Shown here: in pieces, positions 12,101-29,520 of the stretch
How the letters are laid out: each line of letters begins with the position of its first letter
How positions within the stretch are numbered: position 1 is the first letter of the stretch
Source of the DNA: Hypanus sabinus
Lineage: Eukaryota
NCBI RefSeq assembly: GCF_030144855.1
Contig: NC_082714.1
Location: 42,966,001 to 43,030,000, forward strand
Reading direction: 5' to 3'
Length of the DNA stretch: 64,000 nt
Translations under genes and position numbers: made by a program
Notes under the pieces: model-generated
Databases searched by the model: none
Told to the model about the DNA's origin: nothing
What the model saw: only the letters and a program-made list of their open reading frames with translations

Positions 12101-13979
12101 CATATTTACATCTTCTGCATATGAAGATTTTCTAAGTAACTTTCATCAAACCCTTTCAGTCAGCAGTGCTGCTACTTGTGGCATTCACTGTCCTGGTCTT
12201 CACTCCTTCACTAAACTTCTGTTCTCTCTACCCTTCCTCATATGAACTGGAAACTTTAGAAGTTCTGAAATTGCAGAAGATCAGCGTTATCAAGCTAAAA
12301 CTTTCATCATCTTCAGACAATCTGTTGCATTTCCAGCATCTGTAGTATTTTGCTTTTGGATTTTCCCCTTAACCATTTAAATTGTTGATACCAGATGATA
12401 GCTCGAACTGCCAAATCTTTATATTCAATTAATCGATGAATCCTTCCCAACTCTCCGTCATCCATTGGTGATATTTTTGCCTTTTCCAAAGCTGATACAG
12501 AGCTCCAAGAATACTGACTTACATTTTCATGGTATTCCAAAACATTAAGTATGTTCCTGTTGCCTTGTTCTTGGCCTTCTGTGGGGTTGCCTGATATATT
12601 TGGAAGAAATTAATCTGGTGAGCTTGTCAGTACTATAAAGGATTCCTGAAGTATGTTTCAACTTCTGACAGGGATATCTAAAGATCATACTTCTTGTTGT
12701 GCATTTAATACTTAAGTAAAACTTGAGTAATTTTGTAAATATATTTGATTAACCATTTTGTTGTCTTGCATAATTCATTCCAGGTTACATTTAAAATGTC
12801 ATGTCATTACACCACCACATAACAGCGCACCTCACTAAAGTAAAAACTAAATGTAGATGAGTTATCCCTGGCTCATGTTTTTCTTTCAATTAGTTTTATA
12901 TTTTGGAATTACAAAATATAACATACCTGTGCTCAAAGACAGTGCATTCTGTAGAGTGAATAGTAACTTCACTAAAGTTGATCTCTTTGCATTAAAACAA
13001 ACTTCAATCACATTACTAATTTTGATCTTTGGTCTGCTTCCATCTCAGTGTCTAACTTGTCTGCCTATCCATCTAAATTGTCCTGTGATTAGGCTATGAT
13101 TAAGCGGGGGGTCGGGGGGAGAATTAGTGGGCGGTGTGGCTCGAAGGGCCTGTTCCACATTGTATGTCAATAAATAATCAAATGGAGCTTCAGCAGGTTT
13201 GCAGATTAATAGAATACATTGAATTCTACTTTGCACAATAAAGATGAACATACATAAACCAAGGAACTTGTATGGATCGTAAGGATGCTGATTCAGGTCA
13301 CCTAGTCATTGATCTATTACAAAATACAGTCCATAAAATAATAATTCCTTGGTTTATTAATTTGCAAATTTAATAACTGCCATTCAACTAAAGTGAATAT
13401 AATCACATGAAAATTCAGAGCACAAAAACCGTGGAGCAATGTAGATAATAGGCATTTTCTGGAGCAAACAAAGGCAGGGTCTGAGGGGTAGCCAATAGTT
13501 AGACTACTCAGGAAAGGGAGAACAGACTTGAGGACTGGAAATAGTTTATTTAGCAGGTCCTTAAAGCCATGCCACCCGATTAACCCTAGCCCATTTACAG
13601 GACTATTCACAATGGCCAATTAACCTACCCAGTACGTCTTTGGACTGTGGGAGGAAACTGGAGCGCCTGGGATAAACCCATGCATTCCACACGGTAGACA
13701 TACAAACTCCTTACAGAGGATGCCAGGGTTGAACGTTGAGCTGTAATAGTGCTGCCCAAAAAGTAGTAAAGAAACATAATACAAGAATGAATAGACCCCT
13801 ATGCCACTGCACTTTACAGTATGTTAAACTTCTTGTCACAAAGTATCCACTATATATATATAGTATGTTCATAATTATTCTGCAGACAGGTTGTTGTGAC
13901 TGACTACAACTGAGCCACAAAGAAGCTGTAACTGGGAAATGAAAGTCTTTATATCATGCAGCAAACCTTCCATTTCCAA

Positions 13980-14813
13980 GATAGTGGTGTGATGCAGCTT
14001 GCAGTGGCCAGTCTGGAGCTGATTATCTGTTATTTGTGAAGTGGGGTGCCGTGCGTAATCATAATCGATTGAAAACGGACGTGGGAGCACGGAGGAACAT
14101 TAGGAAATCTCTAGGAAGACCTTCTTCGTTGCTGCTGCTGTGAGGTCCGGGACTCTGCTGGGAAGAACAGGCCCCCAGTCCTCAGGGTCGCATTGCCGAT
14201 GGCTGTTGGCGGGGCCGTCTTAATACACTCGGCAGAGGATGGTGTTTGGAGAAGCTGTGCCAGAGGGGATGGTCAGAGGTTCGATGGACTCGGAAACCGC
14301 TGCGGTCAGGTCGCTTTCGGTGTCTGCTGCGTCTGCGAGGCTGAGTTGGGCAGCGCCTTGGAAGTCCCTTCTGCCGCCAGCGTGGAATGGCGAGTCTGTC
14401 GGGACCCTCGAGACTTGTGGAAACTGTGTGGTGATTTCTTTTGAACTTATAGTCCTTTAACATCTTTGGACTATTTTTACTGTGCCCATGGTCTGTTTTT
14501 TTTTTTATCAATTATGCTATTGTTTGCACTGTTGTAACTATGTGGTTTTGTGCAGGTCTTGTAGCTTTAGTTTTTGGTCTTGTTTGTCTGGTGGATTTGG
14601 AGCTCCTTTCCAGGGAGCACGCTAAGACGGTAGCGTGATATTAATATGCAGCAGCCTCTCTGGACTCTGGATTGGGGATTGCCAAACGTTATGTGGATTT
14701 CTGGTGTAGTCTGTTTTGTCATATGTTTTTGTGATATCATTCTGGAGGAATGTTGCCTCATTTTTTAACTGCATTGCATTTGTGGTTTCTAAATGGCAAT
14801 AAACTGAATCTGA
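13980..14813 (+). mobile_element. Non-autonomous retroposon-like repeat with AATAAA and CTGAAT tail
   Basis: GC-rich head, T-rich body, ends AATAAACTGAATCTGAA. Confidence 0.4.
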
Positions 14814-15244
14814 AACCTCAAGAAGAGCAAAACATCAGAAGAATCCAAGAAAACCCCTGCCTCAATGTTTTACACTTCAATTAACTAGTTTGAATTGTTA
14901 CAATCACCTAAATATTTCAAATGTACTCAAATAAATTTACATAAATACATACTTACAATGGTAGTACATCACATCTGGCAGAACCCCTTCAAAGGACAAA
15001 CACCCAAAATACACCCTTTTGTTAGTGTTGCAGGAGGCTCCATGAATATACAACTAGGTTAAGTAACTTAAGAGCATTTATGTGTAGTTTCACATTGATT
15101 CCATTGTATCTGTTCTACTGTGAATACCTGCTAGAAAATAAAACTCAAGCTAGTATACAGTGACATATCCGTACTTGGATAACAAATTTAACTATGCCTT
15201 GGCTAACAAACAGCTTTAACAATGTGCTAGTAGTGGAAACATAC

Positions 15245-15840
15245 ATCTTAGCAACACATACATAATGCTGAAGGAACTCAGCAGGCCAGATAACATCTAT
15301 GGAAAAGGCATTTTGGGCTGAGACCCTTCATTAGGACAGGGGAGAAAGATGACAAGTGAGAGTAAGGAGAGGGTCAAGTAGTACAAGGTAGTAGGTGATT
15401 GGTGAAACCAAAAGGGGAGGGATGAAGAGCTAGGAAGTCAATTGGTGAAAGGAGGCCGGAGGAGGAATCTGATGGAGTTCAGAAGGCCATTGAAGTAAGT
15501 GGAGGAACATGGACTGTTAGCCCATGGCTTCCTCTATTGCTATGATGAGGCCACACTCAGGTTGGAGGAGCAACACATTCCATCTAGACATCAGCATCAA
15601 TTTCTCAAGCTTCTGGTGATTGCACCCCCCACCACCATTCCCCTCTCTCATCTCATCATCTGCCTCTGGTTCTCTCCCCCCCCCCCCACTTCCCTTTCTT
15701 CCAAGGCCTTCTATTTATCAATGGATTTCCCCCTTCTCCAGCCCTTTAATCTCCTTCACCAATCAACTTCACTCTTCCCTTTCTCCCAGTTTCACCAATC
15801 GCCTACTTGGCTTTCCAACATCTGCAGATTTTTTTGTGAT
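15245..15840. mobile_element. Penelope-derived fragments in inverted arrangement
   Basis: DEATLRLEEQH motif and GGAACTCAGCAGGCC terminal repeat. Confidence 0.55.
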
Positions 15841-16399
15841 TGGAAACAGTCATCTGTTGTTATTTGCCATGTGTTTTCAATAGGACAGAGAACATCCCAC
15901 ACCCAATTGATTTCACAAGCCACAAAGTATCAGTTGGAAGTTAAATTGTGTACAAGTCTTATTTCCTAAAGATTGGTTATCATTTTTAATCCATAATTAG
16001 TATTTTTTATTTTATTGATACAGTGTAAAGTAGGCCCTTGGAGCCACAGCATCCCAATGACCCCCGAGAAACCCAAATAACCCTAACCCAATCATGGGAC
16101 AATTTACACAGACCAATTACCCTGTCCAAAGGCACGTCTTTGGGCTGTGGGAGGAAACCAGAGAAAACCCATGCATTCCACAGGGAGGACAGAGACTCAT
16201 TTCATAACTCCTGATCTATACCCAACAGGGCCAAAGGGTATTTTATATCAAATTTGATATAAAATGCAACTACATTTGATATTACCTATACACCCATGCC
16301 ATATAAAAATAATTTGACAAATAATTTATAACTTCCCACATGACTTTATTCATAATCTATTTATCATAACAGAACACACTAACACAAGATCATGAGAAA

Positions 16400-16514
16400 A
16401 TGATTTTATTTTATTTCATTCTTTCATAAATGCTTATGTTGCTGGAGCAACAGCAGACTGGGACCTCTGAACAGACACACGGGTGTGAGTTTTGGCCAGG
16501 TGATCAGTGAACTC
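16400..16514 (-). pseudogene. RPS2: RPS2 last exon with polyA signal
   Basis: EFTDHLAKTHTRVSVQR; AATAAA at 16405-16410. Confidence 0.93.
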
Positions 16515-16768
16515 CTAAAAAGGAAAAACATATTTGAAAGCTGGCAATGCTGACCAACGAAACAGATACCACCACTAAATACAAACTAAAGTGTGTTACC
16601 TAGAAGTTAATTTAAAGATGTATTTTATTCTGCACGGTTCAATTTAGTACTGGCATTGAAAGGTTAAGAGTCTGAATTTTTAAAAATTTGCAAATCATTT
16701 TACTTTTATAATCATGTTCCACTAAATTCAGTTTAAGTCAATAATACTAAAACAGACTTATGACTCTA

Positions 16769-20085
<3,317 letters not shown>

Positions 20086-20184
20086 CCACACAATACTGTA
20101 AATAAGCAAAACAAATTATGCCAGTTCAGTTAGTTTCAAAAATGAAAATTGAAATTCAGTGTTCACCTTAAAAAAAAACACCCA

Positions 20185-20255
20185 CATCTGTTATCTCCCC
20201 CATTTCCCTCTCTCATTATTACAGACCAGCAGGTTAATTATGCAGAACTGAGACA
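20185..20255 (-). ncRNA. Possible decayed SNORA64/SNORA10-like intronic snoRNA relic
   Basis: Reverse complement TCTCAGTTCTGCATAATT...GTAATAATGAGAGAGGGAAA...ACAgat resembles the ends of SNORA64 as recalled; RPS2 hosts SNORA64 and SNORA10 in human; 3' hairpin missing. Confidence 0.35.
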
Positions 20256-20477
20256 CACAAAAAATATTTTATACTGAGCACAACTGTTATAAAGTCACAT
20301 AATTTATAATGGTCTCCAAACATTAACTAACATTGGTGTCAGTAAACAAATAATTTCATATTGTTCTACCTTCAAACAATTACAACTCCAACACCAAGTG
20401 ATTCACAACTTTTTCCACAAAAGTTACACATAAAAATAAGCAGAAATGCTTTTGCCAGGATCAGGATTCTGACTTAC

Positions 20478-21467
20478 CAAAGTTGCCCAGTGTAGCTGTG
20501 CAGCCTCTGGCTGAGGTGCAGCAAGCATCACTACCAGCCATCTGGAGTAGTTTCTTCGGTACCGGAGCTGAGACTACAGGCAGTCCCCGGGTTACGAACG
20601 TCCGACTTATGGACAACTCGTATTTACAAATGGATTACCATAAAGCCTTTTCTATTGAAAATTTACAATGGTTCATAATAATGAACACATGCACTACGTT
20701 GTGACACTCATGAAAACATTGTGTGGTTTCAGCAGTTCGTCGGCTTGAGGAAGGAGAACGCCATCCGCCATTTTAAGTCAAATCACATTGCCGTTAACAC
20801 TGTGCTGAGTGTGTAACTTCATACTTGGCTTAAATTTTTCTCTTATTTACCCTTGTAACCATGCCTCCAAAGTGTAAATCCGATGCAAGTGCTGGTGATG
20901 CATCAAAGAAAAGGAAAAAGATCTCGATTGAAAATAAAATGGAAATAATAAACCAATTGGAAAGAGGTAAAACACCATCAGTCATTGGAAAAGCATTAGT
21001 CTACAGTTGGTCAACAAAAAAGGATAAAGTGCTGATAGCATTTAAAGGAAGAAGAGTGGGACCTAAAAACTCCAGAACCAAAAAAGTTTTTGACCAAAGA
21101 GTTAGCTGAAGCCTTTTGTCTCATTGAAGCAGGGATGGTAAAGTTAGAGGAGCAAGATCCTAATACAGAGAGGTTCACCAAAGTTTACTGTACAGTTACT
21201 AAGGGTCTCAGCTGCTACAAGGCCACTTATGACAAGAAAAAGAAAAGCTCTGCATTGAAAGATAAAATATATACTATATACTAAGACAAACATTTAACTA
21301 ACTGACGCTAAATAAGAAGCGTACGTACCTGTTCCGACTTCCCTACAAATTCAACTTAAAGACAGACTTAGGAACGATCTTGTTCATAACCCGGGGTCTG
21401 TCTGTAAACCAGCACCACATGGGGCAGGGATCAGGCGAACCTAAATTGAATCACATCAGCCTGTCAC
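20478..21467 (-). pseudogene. RPS2: RPS2 exon 6, split by a Tigger-like transposon
   Basis: VTG*CDSI*VRLIPAPCGAG (21467-21407) and [32 protein letters not shown] (20574-20478). Confidence 0.93.
20577..21404 (+). mobile_element. Tigger/pogo-like DNA transposon, internally deleted
   Basis: TIRs CAGGCAGTCCCCGGGTTACGAAC / GTTCATAACCCGGGGTCTGTCTG; TA duplications; CENP-B-like HTH ORF 20861-21109. Confidence 0.9.
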
Positions 21468-21829
21468 CTGTATAGAATCCATTTAACAAGTAACATTTTA
21501 TTTTCAACGTATAAATGAAACACTAAGTTTTTGTTTTTAAAAAATCTAACACTTCATTTTACAAGATACTCAATGAAAAATTGACAGTTCACATTTTAGT
21601 CAATTCTCAATGACAAAAACAGAAAGCATTTTTATAGTGCAAAAAGCTTGCTCAGGTTAGTGGGCTCCAGAAAATTTATGCAGCATTGTGTAAAACTAAG
21701 TTTAATATCACAACAAAAATGGGTAATTTGACTGAACGGCACTGAGCAAGATTGCTCCAACTGACCCTGCTCAGTACTAGCATCTTTGGCTTTGACATCA
21801 GTGATGCTGAAGAGTTTCACAGTTTAGTT

Positions 21830-22432
21830 GAAAGATGAAGTTTTATTTAATGCCTAAAGTTTAAAAGGTCATTGCCAGCAGTTTCTTTATATTACTGCTA
21901 GTTGAGAGTCAGTGGAAAGTGAAGATCAGAGTTCGGGAGTTAAAGGATCGAGGAGAATTGATTTCAACAGTGAAACAGGTTTGACTTTGTTTGATCCTCA
22001 TTTGGAAGGAATTCGTTGACTGTTCTTGTGTTAATCCCTGTGAAATAGCAGAAAGGATTGGGAACAGTTCTGTAAAGGAAAGGTCAGTGCCTTTAAGCCG
22101 TTTCATTTGTCCATCTACGTAAATTCTTCGTGGGAAAAGTTCAATTTTGGGAACTGAAGCAACACGGCATGAAAGAGAATTTAAATCGTCTTAAAAAGTC
22201 TCTCCCTTAAATGGACTGTGAGCATTTTGAACTTTTGCAATACTACTTTGAAGAACTGTTTTTGCATCATCGCTTTAAGAACTGTTTAAGCTGCCGCACA
22301 GCAGCTGATTTCCGGTTATGTTAGTGATTTGTTTACTATTGGGGGGCTTGTTTTCAGTGTTTAATAAATGTGTTAATTGTTATAAAAACCCCTGCCTAAC
22401 TCATATATTTATTGTTGCTTGAATCCGTAACA
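21830..22432 (+). mobile_element. Probable solo LTR or LTR fragment
   Basis: AATAAA followed by a ...CCGTAACA terminus; 5' boundary uncertain. Confidence 0.4.
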
Positions 22433-23824
22433 TAAATATGAGCCCTGACTCACCTTACAAATAAATGCAAGATCAGAATAGGGTTCATCAAACAATCTGA
22501 AGAACTCAGCAGCATTGGTGGGCAAAAAGAATTGTCAATATTTCAGGTCAAACTTCTACATGAGCAGAGTCAAGTTTATAACCCAAAACATTAAAAATTC
22601 CTTCCCAACCCCCATAGATGCTGCTCAACCCACTAAGTTCTTCCAGCAGATAGCTTATTGCCACAGATTCAGCATCTGCAGTCCCTTGTGTTCTTCAGAA
22701 ACAGTTTCGATTGATTAATGATCTGGAGCAGTGGTTCCCAAAACAGGTGTGGACACATCCTTGGGGAAGGTGGGAGCTTTCAAGAAGGCAATAAAAGTAA
22801 AGGGGGTGGTGAGTGTGCAATTGGTAGCAAGGGCACAGCTAGAGGATTACAGACTTAATTTAAGAAGTGAATGACTTATAATGTATTTTATTTTGATTAC
22901 AATGATCATGCAATCACCCAATCTCCTGCTAACCCACCATTCTCTTAAGACTTTGGTCAAAGCACTTTACAGTTTAAAAAGGCGTATATGACAAATAAAC
23001 TTTTATTCAGGGATGATGATGGCAGAGCTTGACATCGAAACATTGGTTATAATCAATACCTGTCTCTGGCTGGAAGCATAAGAGTTTATTCACATTATAG
23101 TTGAAAAGCAATGCAACTCTTCAGTATTTGGCATATCACGAGAAATCCGGACTGAAGAGATCTGTCCTTTTCCAGGCCTGGCCCATGCTTTCTGGCTGTT
23201 CACTACTGTAGTACAGAACAATACTTGAGGCTCCTTAGGGCTGTCATAGCAGTGGGGGAGGTAAACTATTAACTGTTTCCAATGACATGTCTTAAATAGC
23301 CTCTGATAACCAAGTCCAGTTCCCGGCCTTCACATGAGGCTTAGCTACTAAGCTTGGCGGAACCGTTCCTACTGAAGGGGCAAAGGCAGGCTACTAGTGC
23401 CTTAAAAACAGTCGCTCTGGGCAGATAGAGCTCATCAGCCATGGTTGGTAGCTCATCATCCAGAAGGAAAACACTGATCTCAAAGCACTGCTGTCTTGCG
23501 ATTATATCCACTCACGGTGAAGGTTTTGGGAATATATTCCAAAGAAAACCTGAGGCAGTCCTGTGTTGAGTTCAACGCCAGTTGGCAACTCCTACATCAC
23601 TGCTGGTGCCAAACTGTATGGATCTCTGCATTCCATTGGATTCAATAGCTTGCTTGCCATATCGTACTGCCTTGGCTTGGGTTATCCAATATAGATAGCT
23701 AAGATTTCCATGGTTGACCTCAACTAGCAGAGGTGCAAAACAAATTGATCTGATTATTTGTCACTACTTTGAATTTTCTTTCAGTGCATCATAAATAAAA
23801 ATATTTTATAGTATTTACGTACTG

Positions 23825-26800
23825 TCAAGTCAAGTCACTTTTTATTGTCATTTCAACAATAACAACCGGTACAGTACACAGTAAAAACGAGACATTTCAG
23901 TACCATGGTGCTACATGAAACAATACAAAAACGACACTGAACTACGTAAAACTACCCTAGACTACAGACCTACCCGGGACTGCATAAAGTGCACAAAACA
24001 GTGCAGGCATTACAATAAATAATAAACAAAACAATTGGCACAGTAGAGGGCAGTAATTTGGTGTCAGTCCAGGCTTTGGGTATTGAGGAGTCTGATGGCT
24101 TGGGGGAAGAAACTGTTACATAGTCTGGTCATAAGAGCCTGAATACTTCTGTGCCTTTTGCCAGATGACAGGAGGGAGAAGAGTTTGTATGAGCGGTGTG
24201 GGGGGTCTTTACGGATGCAGCGTTTAGTATAAATGTCTGTAATGGCAGGAAGAGAGACCCTGATGATCTTCTCAGCTGACCTCACTATCCACTGCAGGGT
24301 CTTGCAATCTGAGATGGTGCAATTTCCAAACCAGGCAGTGATGCAGCTGCTCAGGATGCTCTCAATACAACCTCTGTAGAATGTGATGAGGATGGTGGGG
24401 TGGGAGATGGTCTTTCCTCAGCTTTCGCAGTAGAGATGCTGCTGGGCTTTCTTTGCTGTGGAGCTGGCATTGAGGGACCAGGTGAGATTCTCCGCCAGGT
24501 GAACACCAGGAAATTTGGTGCTTTTAACGATCTGTACCGAGGAGCCGTCGATGTTCAGTGGAGAGTGGTGGCTCCGTGCCCTCTTGAAGTCAACAGCCAT
24601 CTCATTTGTTTTGTTCAGATTCAGAGACAAGTTGTTGGCTCTGCACCAGTCTGTTAGCCGCTGCATCTCCTCTCTGTTTGCTGACTCATCGGTCTTGCTG
24701 ATGAGACCCACCACGGTCACGTCATTGGCGAACTTGATGTGGTTCAAACTGTGTGTTGCAGCACAGTCGTGGGTCAGCAGAGTGAACAACAGTGGACTGA
24801 GCACACAGGCGGTGAGGGGGCCCATGCTCCTTGTGATGGTGTTGGAGATGCTGCTTCCGATCTGGACTGACTGAGGTCTGAGGTCTCCCAGTCAGGAAGT
24901 CATCCAGTTGCAGAGGGATGTGTTCAGACCCAGTAGGCTCAGCTTTCCAATCAGTTTCTGAGAAGTGATTGTGTTGAATGCTGAAGTCTATGAACAGCAT
25001 TTGAACATACGCATCTTTTTTGTCCAGGTTGGTTAGGACCAGGTGATGACAATGGTGTTGTCTATTGAGTGGTTGGGATGGTACATGAACTGCAGAGGGG
25101 GCCAGTGGGGGGGGGGGCAGCAGGGTCTTGATGTGCCTCATAATGAGCCTCTCAAAGCACTTTATGATGGATTGAGTCAACGGGACGGTAGTCATTGAGG
25201 CAGGACACTGAAGACTTCTTCGGCACGGGGACGATGGTGGCGGCCTTGAAGCATGTTGGAACGACGGTGCTGCTCAGGAGATGTTGAAGATTTCAGTGAG
25301 AACATCTGTTAGCTGGTCTGCACATCCTCTAAGCACTTTGCCAGGAATATTGTCTGGTCCAGATCCTTCTGTGGGTTGACCCTGCACAGGGTTCTCTTCA
25401 CATTGGCCACGGTGAGACATAGCACCTGGTCATTTGGAGGAGGGGTGGACTTCTTCACCACCACGTCATTTTCCGCCTCAAAATGAGCACAGAAGTTGTT
25501 CAGCACATCTGGGAGGGAGGCATCACCCACACAGTCAGGTGATGTGGTCCTGTAGTTGATGATGTTCTGAATGCCCTTCCACATGCATCGCGTGTCGCCG
25601 CTGTCCTGCAAGCGGCTGTGGATTTGCTGGGTGTGTGCACGCTTTGCCTCTGATGGCCTGGGACAGTTTGGCCTTCATGGTTGTTAGGGTTGCCTTGTCA
25701 CCTGCCCTGAAGGCAGAGTCACGAGTCATGAGCAGCGCACGCACCTCTGCTGTCATCCATGGTTTCTGGCTAGCACGTATAGTAATGGTCTTGGACACAG
25801 TGACGTCATCTTTGCACTTGATGTAGCCAGTCACTGATGCCGTGTACTCCTCTAAGTTGGTGGAGTAGCCACCGGTTGCAGCCTCCCTGAACATATGCCA
25901 GTCAGTGAGCTCAAAGCAGTCCTGAAGAGCAGAGCTGGCTCCTGCTGGCCAGGTTTTCACCTGCTTCAAAACTGGTCCGGAGCATCTGACAAGCAGTCTG
26001 TCTGCTGTGATTAGCATAACAGAGATGTGGTCTGAGTAACTGAGATGGGGGCGGGGCTCCGCCAAGTATACGTCAGGAATGTTTGTGTAAACAAGGTCCA
26101 ATGCGTTCGCCCCCTCGTTGCAAAGTCCACATGCTGATGGAATTTGGGGAACACTGACTTGAGGTTTGCGTGGTTGAAATCTCCGGCGAGAAAAAACAGT
26201 TCATCAGGTGTGTGTTCTGCAGTTCGCTAATAGCCCCATACAGTTCATAAAGAGCGCCCCCTTAGCAGCACAGAGTTTTGCACCATTCCATATTGATATA
26301 AACACACAAGCCACCACCGCGAGTCTTACCGGAAAGAGCTGCACCCCTGTCCGCTTGAAACAAGGCGAGCCCATCCAGCTGAACAGCGGCGTCCAAGATT
26401 CCATCAGTGAGCCATGTCTCTGTGAAAACATACGCACAGCAGACCTTATACTCCCGCCGAGTGTTTTGTTGGAGTCGGATGTAGTCCAAGTTATTGTCCA
26501 GGGAATGGACATTGGAGAGCAGAATGGATGGGAGAGCCAGCCGGCTAGGGTTTGCTTTTTGCCTGGCACAGACCCCTGTCCGCTTGCCTTGCTTCCTCGC
26601 ACACCGCTTACGATGTACGTACCTACAGCACCAGCATCAGGTTACTCCGAGGACAGTAGGCCCGATCCCCTCAGCAAGCTGAGGTCACATAATTTAACCA
26701 AATCTTCATGAAGGTTTGTTTTTGGGTGATCTTTGTATTGTAGCAAGTATCTGGTGATGGTAGAATGTCCAGAAAGGGAGAAGAAAGTGCTGAGGACATG

Positions 26801-26845
26801 TTCTGGGAGCAAGGAGCCGGCAACCCAAAAAGATTTGGGAGCCAC
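23825..26845 (-). mobile_element. Rex1/Babar-type LINE, near full length, degenerate
   Basis: APE ([17 protein letters not shown]), QKPWM, RT ([42 protein letters not shown]), C-terminal NSFFPQAIRLLN; AATAAA and (CTTGA)n tail. Confidence 0.88.
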
Positions 26846-27039
26846 TGATATTTGGAATTTGGGAATTTTATATTTGGGAATCTTAGCTGAATTGTTTTAA
26901 ATTGCCTGTTTATTAAATATATTAAGGCTCTCAAGAGTGAGGAAAAGGAAACATGGTATGCCAATTTGAGAAGCTTTCATAATTACACTATCTTTTGTCA
27001 ACAAAACTAAAAGTCCCATTCACTGTACCTTTTTACAAT

Positions 27040-29520
27040 TAGACCAAAGACAGAGGAGCAGAATGAAGCCATTCAGCCCATCAATTCTACTTCACCATTC
27101 CATCATGGCCAATTTACTATTCCTCTCAAAGCCATTCTCTGCTTATCCCCGTAACCTTTGACACTGACCAACCAAGAACCTATCAATCACTACTTTAAAT
27201 ATACTCAGTGACTTGGCCTCCACAGCTGTCCATGGCATAGCATTCCAGATTCACAACCCTCTGGCTATAGAAATCCTCTTCTGCATCCTTCTATTCTGAT
27301 GCTCTGCCCACTAGTCCTAAACTCACCCACAATAGGAAGCATGCTGTCCACATCCACTCTATCTAGGCCTTTCAATATTCACCAGGGTTTAACAATATCC
27401 AGTCTTTCTAAACTCAAGCAAGTACAGGTCCTGAGCCAAACATTCCTCATATATTAACCCTTTCATTCACAGAATCATTCTTGTGAACCCTTTCTGCACC
27501 CTCTCCAATGCCAATACACCTACGGAGCCCAAAACTACCCACAGTACTCCAAGTGCTGTCTGATGAATGCCTTATAAAACCTCAGCATCATCTCCCTGCT
27601 CTTATATTCTAGTCCTCTGAAAGTGGATGTTAACATTGCATTTGCCTTCCTTACCACTGACTCAAACTGCAAGTGAATCCTCTATGAGAACTCTCAAGTC
27701 CTTCTGAACCTGATTTTTGAATTCTCTCCCCATTTTATGCCTTTATTCCTTCTGCCAAGTGCATGACTATACACTCCCCTGCACTATATTCCAACTGCCA
27801 CTTCTTTGCCCAAACTCCCAATCTGTTTAAGTCCTTCTGCAGGCTTCCTGTTTCCTCAACAATCTATGTATCATCTGCAAGCTTGGCCACAAAGCCATCA
27901 ATTCCAACTAAATCATTGAAATACAAGGTAAAGTGCTCCCAATGTTGAACGCTGTGGAACACTAATCTTTTGCAGCAAACCAGAATAGGTCCTGTTGTTT
28001 TAACTCTTTGGCTCCTGCCAGTCAGCCATTCTTCTATCCATGCTCATATCTTTCCTATAACACCATATCAAAGGCCTTCTGAAAATCTAAGCAAGCAACA
28101 CCACCAACTCTCCTTTGTCGACCTTGCCTGTAATTTCCTCAAAGAATTCCAACAGATTTGTCCGACAAGATTTCCCCTCAAGGAAACTATGCTGACTTTG
28201 GCATGTTATATGTCTCTGAGTACCCCAAAATCTCATCCTTAACAATGAACTCCAACATTTTCCCAAGCACTGAAGTCAGGCTAACTGGCCTCTAATTTCC
28301 TTTCTCCTGCCTATCTCCCTTCTTAGAGTGGAGTGACATTTACAACTTTTCAGTCCTTTGGAAACATTCCAGAATCTAGTGCATTTTGAAAGATCACTCC
28401 AAAACCTTTTCAAGAACCCTGTGATGTAGTCCATATGGTCCAGGTAACTTACCCACTTACAGACCTTGCAAGCTTTCCAAATACCTTCTCCCTTAGTAAC
28501 AGCAACTACACTGCTGTGCCCTGACACTCTAATTTCTCATATACTGCTTTTGTCTTCCCTAGTGTAGACCAGGGGAAGGCAACCTACGGCCAGCAAAGGT
28601 ATTTTGACTGGCCTGCGAGCAAAAATTGGGATGCTATGCTTATCTGGCACACGAGCGATTTTTCCTTATTTTGAGTGTTTCACGCGACCACACTGATGGA
28701 CATGCATAGCGTCTTGTTACACTGGCCCCAGGTTCTGTTTTGTTCCAAACTAAACACAGGTATATATGAATGACGGGAAGGCAGATTACCTTATTAATAT
28801 GTATTAAATACTCTCCATGCACGCGCAGGTTTTCAGATGGGATCGTTCAAATTTGTAAACAAAAACAGCGTCACTGTGTTTTAACAAGAAATCCATGCTA
28901 AATATCCAGATATTTCCATGTGCTAAGATACTTGTCGAATAACTCATGTTTCCAAATAAAATCAAAGAAAATAATTCCAATGGCAATGAATGCAAAATGC
29001 AGGAAGGTAGACACTGAGTGCCAAAATTTCCAAGACACTTGGACACTAGATTACTTCTTCATTGAGCAAGCTGAGAAACCAGTTTGTCTCATTTGCCTAG
29101 AAAATGTTGCTGTGAAGGTGGTGGCAAATATCAGGCGACATTAGGAGACCCACCATAGTTGAAATTTTAACAAGTTTACTGGGCAAGCAAGGAAAGATGA
29201 AGTTGAGCTAATGAATATTGTTTGTCCTGAAAATAAATTATTTATTTGCATCTATCAGCCTGTCAGCAAGAATGATCACACGGCAAGTTCCAAACAAATT
29301 TGACGAACTCCGCTCTCATGCCTCCGCAATTCTCTTTATTCCATTGAAACATTAACTGTAGCTTCTCTCTTTCAAACTGCAGGGTGAATTATATCATATT
29401 ATAATCACTGATTCCTAAAGGTTCCTTTACTTTAAGCTTCCTAATCAAATCTAACTCATTACACAACACCCAATCTAGAATCACTTTTTCCCCTAGTGGA
29501 CTTGACCATAAACTGCTCTG
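27040..29520 (-). mobile_element. Old CR1 LINE fragments interrupted by a hAT fragment
   Basis: CR1-type 3' end near 27050 and RT-region remnants similar to the 36-38 kb CR1. Confidence 0.65.
28569..29240 (+). mobile_element. hAT (Charlie/SPIN-like) transposon 5' fragment
   Basis: TIR-like CAGGGGAAGGCAACC; RKVDTECQNFQDTWTLDYFF...PVCLICLENVAV...NIRRH (BED-type finger). Confidence 0.75.

Larger units (their letters stand above)
6771..13170. repeat. Segmental duplication block A (paralogous to 40660-55120 and 59990-61830)
   Basis: Collinear similarity; for example the 8324-8878 ORF matches the 44287-44780 ORFs, and the region of 12313-12540 matches 54237-54482. Confidence 0.93.

Noticed and set aside
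14950-15058. Minus-strand exon-like segment (AG...GTAAGT, open frame LYIHGASC...VLPDVMYYH)
   Set aside because: No recognisable homology or partner exons; the human neighbours NDUFB10 and RNF151 were looked for by eye and not found
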